Origin: Bacteroidia bacterium
Lineage (GTDB): Bacteria; Bacteroidota; Bacteroidia; M30B66
Reading direction: 5' to 3'
Assembly (NCBI GenBank): GCA_965279035.1
Contig: OZ257142.1
Location: forward strand, 1,984,001-2,048,000
Length of the DNA stretch: 64,000 bases
The notes under the pieces are model-generated. The model was not told the origin of the DNA, made no database searches, and worked only from the letters and a program-made list of their open reading frames with translations. This document shows positions 45,401 to 57,400 of this stretch, one piece after another. The translations under genes and the position numbers were made by a program. The stretch's first letter is position 1. Every line of letters begins with the position of its first letter.

Positions 45401-48400
45401 GCTGGTGCACAAGTTTCATTTGTCTATCCTTTAGGAGATAATGTGGGGACTGCAGAATACTCTCCAGCAAGTATTACGTTTAGCGCCCTTGGTGCGGGAA
45501 CACTAGGTTTACAAGTGAAGAACGCAGCTCATCCCAACTTAGGTGCACCTAGCGATTATTTGAATCGTTACTGGAGTTTTGGAAGCACGACAATTACCGC
45601 CTATACATACACTGCTGCTTTTACATACGCCGCCGCCGATGTGGTTGGTTTGCCAGGTTCTATGAATGCCGCTCGTTGGGATGGATCACTTTGGAATCCT
45701 ATGACCGCAACTACCGGTGGTAATGTGTTAACGATCACAAGTACTCCACTTAATAATACAACTTCACCACTTGCTGCTACATCCGATTTCACTGGACGTG
45801 TAACACCGTATGTATATTATTTCCGTAGCATCCAAAGTGGAAACTGGAATGATGTCAATACCTGGGAAGTTGCTTATGACGCAGCTTTCACTACACCAAT
45901 TTGGCCAGCACCTTTTGCACCTGATGATGCCAACTCCGCTTCTGTTTTAGTTCGAAGCGGTCATGTGGTTACTGTTACTGCCAATACTTCTGTCGATCAG
46001 TTTTCGATGGATAACACCGTTACTACTACACTAACAATCAATTCAGGCGTAACCTTTACTTTGAAAGATGGAGCTGGTAACGATTTCACAGGAGCAGGAG
46101 CAAGTGCTCGTATTAATATCAATGGAACGTATGTGAATCAAGGTGTTCAGACCGGAACCATGCCGACGGTTGTTGTTGGAGCAACAGGCGTTTACAATCA
46201 CAATCAAAATGGAGGTACAGTTTATACTGCAACTTGGAGTGCTAGCTCGGAGTGTTTAATTACAGGAACAACATCCACCACACCTGCTGGTATTAGTGGA
46301 CAAACCTTTGGTAAATTCACATGGAATACGCCTTCAATGACAATGGCAACTACAACGGCCATTCTCGCAAGTGCTACAACATTCAATGGTGATTTTACAC
46401 TTATATCAACCGGAACACCTTCGACCAATGCTTTATTACTAAGTACCACTTCCATCATTCTCACTTATAATGGAGATTTTTTAATTCAAGGTGGAACGTT
46501 GAATATTACCAATGCAGCAGTTGGACTTACTTTGAATCTTAGTGGCAATTACAACCAATTGGGTGGAGTTCTCACTCAAACGGGTGCAACAGCTTCTACA
46601 ATCAACTTTAATGGAATTGGAAAATCGTATACACGTTCAGCTGGAACGGTTACCAATACCAACCTTAATTATGGAGTGAATTCAGCTACAGCAAACTTCA
46701 GCTTGAATTCGAATATTGATGTGGCAAGTACACGTACGTTCATAGTTACAACAGGTACTTTGAATTTGGGAACTAGTCTGATAACAGGTGCGGGATCATT
46801 TACGTTGACAAGTGCCACTACAGCTGGTTTAGGAATTGGCGATCCAGATGGAATTGTGTTGGTTGCAGGTGGAAGCATTGGGAATGTGAGAACTGCAGCA
46901 AGATCTTATGGAGCCTTAGCAAATTACAGTTATGCTGCTACCGCTTTAAATACAGGTTCTGGATTGACGGCTGCAAATAGCTTAAACTTCACGGGAGCTA
47001 CAATTAATTTAAGTGTGCCAGTAGCTGTTTCAGGAACTAGCAATGCATTGGGAATGAATGCAAGCTTGCTTAGTTTAGGAAATAATAATCTATCGTTTAG
47101 CAATGCTGCTGCTACTTTCAATGGTACGTTTAGTTCAAGTAATATGGTGCTTACCAATGGAACTGGACAATTCATCCGAACTATTCCAGCATCAGGGTTT
47201 GTCAATCCGTATGTATTCCCTATTGGAGGAAGTACGGGCTATTCACCTGCTAGCTTGACTTTCACAGCAGCTGCAGGCGGGACAATAGGAGCGAAGGTGA
47301 CCGAAGGAACGCATCCGAACATGTTAACACCAGTAGTTTCGGATTACATCAATCGCTATTGGAATTTCACAACGACAGGAATGGGCACTTATACCTATTC
47401 CGGTTTAATGCAATATCAAGATGCTGATATTGTTGGAAGTGAAGCCTTATTGTTGAATTCGGTTTGGGATGGTTCTTCTTGGAACGGTATTCCAAGTATA
47501 GTTGATACACCCGATAATACCTTGTATTTCCCAGGAATTGGAACATTGACCAATGTATCAGCACCGTTAACAGCTGCTTATACCTATTCTGCTCGTAATA
47601 CACCTGTTCAATATTATTATCGTACGATAGCTTCAGGTAACTGGAATGATCCAGCAATTTGGGAGATATCAACTGATGCAGCATTCTTAAATCCTCTACC
47701 TGTTGGAGCTGCAGTTTCTCCTGATGCTTTAAATTCTTTGGGAATTCTAGTTCGTTTAGGACATGTGGTAAATGTAACTGCCAATGTTACTGTGGATCAA
47801 CTATCTATGGATAATATTGCAAACTCTACTATCATCGTCAATTCAGCAGTCAATTTTACTTTAAATGATGGACCAGGGAATGATGTCACATTTACTGGAT
47901 CAAATGCTCGAATCATCATCAATGGAAATTTCATCAATAAAGGCGTTCAAACAGGAACTCAAGCAACAGTTACTGTCAATGCGAATGGTGTTTATGAGCA
48001 CAATCAAAATGGAGGAACAGTTTATACCGCTACATGGAATGCAAGTTCAGAATGTTTGATTAGTGGAGTTACATTAACAGCTCCTACAGGTATTTCAGGA
48101 CAAACCTTTGGAAAATTCACTTGGAATAATCCATCTCAAACGGTTGCTCTACCAACAGCTATTCTAAGTGGAGCAACAACCTTCACTGGTGACTTCACTG
48201 TGATTTCTACTGGAACACCAGCAACCAATGCGCTCGTACTTTCATCTGGAGCCATTACGGTTGCTATGAATGCTGATTTGTTGATACAAGGAGGGACCTT
48301 GAACTTAATTAATGCAGCAGCAGCGGTTACATTAAACTTAGCAGGAAACTACAATCAAACAGGAGGAACTTTCACCCAAACGGGAGCTACTGCTTCGACT

Positions 48401-51400
48401 GTGAATTTTAATGGAATTGGAAAAAGCTATACGCAAAGTGGAGGCACAGTAACTGGAACCAATATCAACTATGCTGTAAATAGTGCTACAGCGAATTTTA
48501 GTTTGAATAATTCAATCGACATTTCAACAGGAAGAACATTCAATGTAAATACAGGAACCTTGAATATGGGCACAAGCCTAATTACGGGTGCTGGTTCATT
48601 TACACTGGTTTCGGTAGCAACGGCTACCTTGGGAATTGGCGATAATGATGGAATTGTAACAGTAGCTGGTGGATCGATAGGAAATGTGCGTACTGCAACC
48701 CGAAACTATGGTGCATTAGCAAATTACATTTACGTTTCAACAGCTAATAATACAGGAAATGGATTTGTTGCAGCGACCTCTGTTTTCTTCAACAATTCAT
48801 CACTCAATCTATCTTCTTCTGCAGTTATTTCGGGAACAACTGGTGCATTACAAATGACATCCAGTTTAGTGAGTTTAGGGAATAACAATTTAACCTTAAA
48901 TAATACTGCCGCAACAATTACTGGAGCTGCAAACGACAATACAAACATGATTATCACCAATGGAACTGGTCAGTTTATTCGATCTATTCCAGCTGCTTCT
49001 TGGACCAATCCATATGTTTGGCCTATTGGTACTACAAGCCTTTACAATCCAGTAAAAATGAGCTTTACCGCTGCTGCTGCTGGAACTATTGGGGTGAAAG
49101 TGGTAGATGCAGTTCATCCTTCAATGGGAGTTGCTGCCGACAAACTCAATGTGTATTGGGATTTTACTACAACTGGATTAGCCACATACACACTTAGCTC
49201 ATTTGAATTAAACTATAATGATGCTCAAGTGAGCGGTTCTGAAGTGGGATTATCTGGAAGTTTATATTCAGGTGGATCGTGGAATGGATATCCATCTACG
49301 GTTGATGCGGTAAACAACAAAATCACTTTCCCAAGCAGCGGTTCTTTAACCAATGCAACAGCACCTTTAAATGGTTTCTCCTATACTGGAAGAACAGCAT
49401 ACATTGCATATTACCGAACTGTTGCATCCGGAAACTGGAACAATCCTGCTATTTGGGAAGTAGCTACCGATGCAGCATTTACCGCTCCGGTGCCTGCTGT
49501 CACTTTCCCAACCGATGATAACAACTTAGGAATTACCATTCGCAATGGACATGTTGTTCAGGTTACTGCGAATGTTCAAGCCGATCAAATTACTATCGAC
49601 AATACCGCCAACTCAACCCTCAATATCAATGTTGGTGTTGTATTTACATTGGTTGATGGTTTAGGAACTGATTTAACGCTAAACGCGAATTCTCGACTAT
49701 TAGTCAACGGTGAATTTGTTAATACAGCACTCGTTTCAGGTGCAAGTACTACAACAATGAATGTTCTTGCTACTGGAACTTACAATCATGCTCATAATGC
49801 CGGTGTGGTTTTAACACCTACATGGACAGCAGGTTCAACCTGTTTGATAAGCGGTACTATCAATACTGCACCAACAGGATTAAATCAATCTTTCCGCAAC
49901 TTCACTTGGAATACACCCGGTTTAACGGTTAGTAATCTGAGCCTAGCTGCAGGTTTAGTAACAGTCTTCGAAAATTTAACAGTAATATCAACTGGATCAG
50001 GTTCTGTTTCATTGGCAACATCTTCTTATACCATTGGGATTTCAGGAGATCTTATCCTGAATGGTGGAACATTCAACTTGAATTCGGGATTAGCTTTTAT
50101 AACCACCTTAAACATCGGAGGAAATTATAATCAATCAGGCGGAACCTTAACCTGTACTGCAACGAGTCCTTCGGTGATCAATTTTGTAGGAACCAATAAA
50201 ACCTATACGCAAACAGGTGGTACGGTAAACAATGCCATGATCAATTATGCTGTGAATTTAGCAGCAGCTGTTATCACTTTAAATAATGGAATAACTCTTT
50301 CTTCGGGAAGAAGTTTTAGTGTTGCAACTGGTACTCTCAATATGGGTACTCAAGTGATTGATGGCGCGGGTTCTTTCTCAGTAACAAGTGTTGCAACAGC
50401 CACCTTAATCAGTGGTTCAACTCAAGGGTTGAATGCTGCTGCAGCAAGTGGAAATGTTCAAACAACAGGAGGAAGAACTTTTGGTGTTTTAGCAAATTAT
50501 ACGTTTGCTGGTTCAAGTCCTCAAAACACTGGAAATGGTGTTACGGCAGCAACTACACTTACAATCAATAATGCATCTGGCGTTACTGCTACTGGGCCAA
50601 TTTCAACGGCCAACCTCACATTGTCAGCAGGTGTTTATACAACAACTACAGCTAATTTATTGACCATCACAGGAATCACCGCAATTGGAGGAACGCCTTC
50701 ATCAACTGCTTGCGTTTCTGGTCCGGTTGATAGAGTAATTCCTGCCAATCGTTCTACGGCTCTTACTTTATTGTATCCTTTAGGAAAAGGAGGAAGTTAT
50801 AATCCATTCGAATTGGTTAATCCAACTACAGGTGCAGGTGGTTCTGTGACTGTTCGTGCTGAAGTTTTTAACGCCAATGCTGGTGGATTTGCTGGTGCTG
50901 GATTCGCTTCAATGAATACCAATCGCTATTGGTCATCTTCGATTACTGCTGGAGCTGCTAACTTGCTCACGAGTGGAGCTGTTAAACTAACAGAAACTAC
51001 TCCGGCATTGGTTTCGGGCACGCATGGAGTTGGACAATGTTCCAGCGTTGGAGGAACGTATGCTTACAAAGGTGGATCAGTTTCAGCCCCAACAATTCAA
51101 ACAACTTCAACATTGAATTCTGGTTATGGATTTTTTGTGATTGGAACTGTTGGTCCAATTACTTGTCCTTCGCCAACTTTAGTAGTTGGGCCTGGCGGAG
51201 ATTTCAATTCATTAACAGATGCAAGTGCTGTATTAAATGCCTTACCGATTAACTGTAACCTCATTTTGGAATTGAATGCTACGTATAATTCTTCTGTAGA
51301 AACTTTCCCTGTTACGTTTAACAATTTCACCTATGGAGTAGGCGGACCATTTACCGTTACAGTTCGTCCAGCAACTGGAGCAAGCCCAATAATTACAACT

Positions 51401-54400
51401 GCTGCTGCAACAGGATTAATTGTATTGAATGGTGCTGATAATCTAATTTTTGATGGACGACCTGCTGGAGTTGGTGCACCACTGAGTTTCTCATTAACCA
51501 ATACCAATGTTAGCGGAAACACAATTACGCTTCAAAATGATGCTCAAAACAATAGCATTCGCTATATGGATATCAGCGGATCAAACACTTCGGGTACAAG
51601 TGGAATTATAACCATAAGTACAGCAGGAGCGGGTAGTGGCAATGACAACAATTTGTTTGAATACAATACTATTCATGGGAATGGAGCTCGTCCAGTGAAT
51701 TTGATTTATGCTTCAGGAACATCTTCTAAAGACAACGATAACAACACTATTTCCAATAATAATTTCCATACATGGGGAGCTGCAGCAGCTACTGATGCAT
51801 GTGCTATTGAGTTGAGTAGTTATAATAATGCGTATACGATCAGTGGAAATTCCTTTTATCAACCATCAACTCAAACTACTGCAACGAGTCATTTTGCTAT
51901 TCAGGTTAATGCAACAACTGCAGCTGCAAGCAATTACACGATAAGCAATAATTACATTGGTGGAAACGCTGCTTCGGCTAGTGGTACATGGACTGCAACA
52001 ACAGCAGGAATTGATTATCGATTCTGTGGAATAAGTGTCATAACAGCTCCATCAGGATCCAATACAATTTCTGGGAATACAGTTAAGAATATTACTGTTG
52101 CTACAGGAACATCATTTCAAACTCAATCCTCTGCATTTACTGGAATCTATACCGGAAATGGAACACATACAATTTCAGGAAATACGATTGGTAGTTTAAG
52201 TGCATCAGCCAACATTGCTTTCACGACAAGTAATCCCCAACTGAATGTACATGGTATTTTTAGTGAAACGACTATTGGTAATACAATCACAAGTAATTCA
52301 ATAGGAGGAATTTCGGTTGTCAATTCAGCTTCATCTGCAAATATTAGTAGCTTGTTTGCAATTCGTTTAGAAGCAAGTTCTATTTCAGGAACCATTTCAA
52401 TTACAGGGAATACTATTGGAAATCCTTCAGTAGCTAATAGTTTATTGAATAATACAGGAAACACTTATACGGCTTCTGGTTCGTTGCAAAATTTCACAAC
52501 GGGAATTTACTGTAGTTCGGATATTACGGCAACAATAAGTACTAATAACATTAGCAGTATTAATTATGCTGCAAATGGGACATCTACAGGAACCGGAATT
52601 TTAAATACATCTGGAATTTACAGAGTTATTGGAGGGAACAATCTAATTGAAAATAATACGATTCAATTAATTTCTTCTAGTAGTCCTTCTTTATTGACGG
52701 GTATTCGTATTCCGCTTGCAGGGATTGTGTTAAATGCATCGACAGCGCAAGGACAATCTGTTAGAGGAAACACAATTCACACGCTTTCCAATCTTCATGG
52801 AAGTGCAGCGGTAAATGTGGCAGGTATTGTTATGAATACTCCTGCAACACCAACGGTTACTGCTACAGTATATACAAACAATTTCTCTAATCCGACCGAT
52901 TGGACATTGAATACACCAACAGGTTCGGAAGGAGGAACGCCGAATCCTTGGTCGATTGGAAATGGAATTTCATATCCTGGTGGATCATGTGGAGCAGCAT
53001 CTACCAATTCGATGTATATCCGTTGTGCTGGATTTATTTGCGATTTATTAGGTGGTGGAGGACCTGTATATCAAACAGGAGGAGGCGTTTATGTGACCGA
53101 TCGTATGGCATCATCTGCAGCTAATATTTCTACAATTGGATATACAAGCTTGAATCTCAATTTTGCATGGCAGTGTGTTGGAGCTACTACTGCATACGGA
53201 TCAGTTCGATACAGTATAGATGGCGGTTCATCGTGGGTTGATTTACCTACCCAATATCGAAATCAAAGTTCTTGGCAATGTGCTTCAGTTTCGCTTCCTG
53301 CCGAATGCGAGAATATTTCTACGCTTCGTATTGCCTTCCGTTGGAGAAATGGTTTATCAAACAGTGATGTTGATCCACCATTTACTATTGCCAATATGAG
53401 TATTGATGGTCAAGCACTTGCAGCTGTAGAAAATGCTGCAGATAAAAACTTTATCCATTCAATCACTGCTTCAACAACAAGTGCAAGCGCTTCGATCACT
53501 GGTATCGTTCAAGCGGGAGGAATTTTGAAATACCGAAACAATATGATTCGTTTAGGTATTGATGCAACAGGTTCTAGCATTAATACTGGACTTGTTTTCC
53601 AAGGGTTTTTGGAGTCTTCAGGTGGTAGTGAGTATTTCCACAACAGTATCTATGTGGGTGGTTCATCTACAACTGGAGCGGGTAATTCATATTGTATTAA
53701 CAGTGTACCTGTTACAGGAACTCGCGACATACGAAATAATATTCTTTGGAATGCTCGCTCAAATGCTGGAGGTACAGGTAAACATTACGCACTTAAAGTA
53801 GGAACACTCACCAATTTAACAAGCGACTACAATGATCTTCAAGCAACAGGATCAGGTGCTATTTTAATGGCTAATGGAGCAACAGATTATGCATTTTTAC
53901 CACTTTGGCACATGGCTACTTTGATGGATTTGCATAGTGTAACTGGTGATCCAATTTTTGTGAATGCTACTGGGAATGCCACTTCTGTCAATCTCCATAT
54001 TACACCTGCAGCTAATACACCAATCGAAAGCGCAGGAGAGGCTATTGGAACTGTCACAAGCGATTTTGATAATGATACACGTGCTTCTAATACTCCAACC
54101 GACATTGGAGCTGATGCAGGTCTCTTTACACAAATCGATGTTACCGATCCAGCAATTACCTACACTCCTGTTTTAAATCAACCTGTTTGTTCGGGTGCAA
54201 TTACTACAACTGTTGAGGTGAATATCATTGATAATCAAACTGGACTTTCAACATCGAGTAATTTACCTCGCATTTATTTCCGTCGTAAAACGGGTGCTCC
54301 TACAACAGCTTGGTCAACAACGAATTCTGTTGCTGGGACCTTCTTATCTGGAACGGCCCAAAATAGTAACTGGCAGTTTGTTGTTGATTACTCTACGTTT

Positions 54401-57400
54401 GGAATTACCATCGCAGCCAACGATCAAATTGAATATTACTTCGTTGCACAAGATCAAGCAGGTTCACCCAATGTTGGAACTTCTCAAACGAATGGTGTAA
54501 CACCTGTGCATCCATCAACAGCAACTCTTACAACTCCTATTGGCTATGCACTTCCTGCAAATGGTTTCTTTACATTTAATGGAACTCCACTTTCGGGAAC
54601 TGTTACAGTTGGTACAGCCGGAACTTATGCAACGTTTAACGGTCCTGCCGGATTATTTACTGCAATCAATACCAATGGTATCAATGGAGATTTGACTGTT
54701 CGAGTTATAAGCGACATTTCCGAAACGGCCTATACTCCTCTCGGAAAACAAAGTGAATTCTGTGGATCAGGTTATCACATTCGCATCACACCTAACAACA
54801 ACACCGTTCGTACAATCACTGGTACAAATGGACAAACCATGATCGACATTAGTGGTGCATTTAGTTTAACTATTGATGGACGTGATCCTACAAATATTGC
54901 AGGTGGTGCTCGTAATTTGATTTTCCGTAACTCAAGTTTATTCCCTGCTATACGCTTTAACAATGGCGCTTCGGATGATACCTTAATGTATTGTCAAGTA
55001 CAATCGAAAGTACAATCGTCTACTCAAGGTGGTGGTGTAGTTACGATTGGTGGACCGCTTATCGTGGGAACGAACAATCTAGATAACATTGTTTTGTTTG
55101 AGAATAAAATCAGTTATCCAACGAATATTGGTGCTCCTGCATTATCTGATATACCTCAATTAGGTATTCAGTTCCAAGGAAGTACATCCTCTATGGTGAC
55201 CAATTTGGTCATTAAACGCAATAGCATTTTTAACTTCCAGACTTCAGCTATTGCTACCATGAACCCAAGTACAGGTATTGGAAACTCGTATATTGGAAAT
55301 GGAGCTGTTATAGATTCAAACCGAATTTACCAAACATTCACAATTCCTACATATCAGTATCCTATTGATTTAGATGTAAATGGATTGAGCTATGGGCATC
55401 AAATCACTAATAACTTAATAGGAGGAAATGCAGAGCCTTCACCTAACATCACTGGGACTTTAACAAATAGCAAGAGTGATGGTGAAATAGTGGCTATTTA
55501 TGTCAACACAGGCAATGCACCTGATTCTGTTTCATCCACTTCAATCCAAGGAAATAAAATCAAAAACATACTCCTTTCCGGAACTGGTTGGGATAATTTC
55601 GTGGGTATTCGGGTTGAAAATGGACGTGTGCGAATAGGTGATCAAACCAGAAACATCATCGGTGATAGCTTGATTGCTAATAATGTAGAATGTCGAGGTG
55701 GTGGATCTTTATTATCAGCTACTGCTAATTCTGCCATTATGGGTATCTGGACTCAAAGTACCGAGGAAGTCGTTATTGCTAACAATTTGGTAGCGAATCT
55801 AACTGCATCAGCTCCAGTGAACGGATATTGTTTCGTAGATGCCATCGCTCATGGTAGCAATCTATATTACAATGATATCTTGTATAATACAGCAGGAGGT
55901 AAAGTCACTATGCGGAATAATCGTGTCGACTTTGTTCTATCAGCCAGTCGTTTACAAAATTCAGCTATTTCGAGTGAAGGGATGATGGGGTATTTTGTTT
56001 ATACCAATTCAATGAGTAATGTGATTGAGAAAAACGTCATCATTAATTCAGGTGTGAATAATATAGTGAATCGCAATGTGCGTGTTTACGGTATGCACTT
56101 CGGTGTTTATGGATCTCTTGTGAATCAGGGTGGTCGTGTAAATAATAACATGGTTGCTAGTTTAGCAAATACTGCTTCGGGTGATAATACCGGAACCATC
56201 ATGCCTGAACTTCATGCAATGATTGTGGCTTATGGAACTTGGGATGTGTATAATAACCAAATCTTCCTTCGTAACGGTACAACAGGAACTCCTATCACGA
56301 ATACCAATACATTCATGTCGGGTATTCAAGATGGATTGCGCAATTTGGCAGGACAGGGAGCAAATTATTATAACAATACCATCTATATTTCGGGGACAAA
56401 TGCTGGAGCAGCTCCAAACAATGCGAGCTATGCTTTCCTTCGTTTCCCTAACTTAACCGGTACTGTTGCAGGAGCGCCAATCGTTCTGAAAAACAACCTT
56501 TTCATCAACGATCGTGGTGGTCCAGGTAATCACCGTGCATTTGGGAATGTGAATACAACGGCACCTGCAACTGGATGGAATTCAACCGCTTCTGATTACA
56601 ATCTACTCTTTAATGCAACAGCCGGTGTTACTACCCGCTGGGGAACGACCGATTACAATTTAGCTGGCTTCCAAACAATAAGTGGTGGTGATGCCAATAG
56701 TACATGGATTCAAACTGCTGGAACAACTACGCCAACAACCTTGTATCCGTATGACTTACTCACCCTTCCGCTTTATGGCGATTTGCATATTCTACTTACA
56801 AATCCAACCGCCTATGGTTTTGTGAATGCCAAAGGAAATAACATAGCACTAGTGACAACTGATATTGACGGAGATGCTCGTAATGTAACTACTCCTGATC
56901 CCGGTGCTGATGAATTCACTGTGTGTCTCGATCCATTTGTAACAACTCAACCAAGCAATCAAACCGTTTGTCCTGCTTCCGCTGCTAGCTTTACAGCTGT
57001 AGTTGGTGGTTTAGCTCCTTTGACTTATCAATGGGAAGAATCGACAGATGGTGGAACGACTTGGAATCCACTATCAAATGCTGGTGTTTATTCTGGAACG
57101 GATGCATTGACATTGAATATTTCTTCTTCTACTGGTTTAGGTGGAAATAAATATCATCTCATCATTACCAATGTTTGTAGTTCAACAACTTCGAATGCGG
57201 CTACACTTAATTTGTTAACGCCTCCGAGTATCACTACTTACAGTCCGCCTTCTTTCATCAATAATATCTGTGCATTAAGTAATACAGGTTTTGGTGTAAC
57301 AGCGGCTGGTGATGGATTAACGTATCAATGGAATGTATCAACCGATAATGGTGGAACTTGGAATCCGGTTGTTAATAATGCCACATACAGTGGTGCTACT

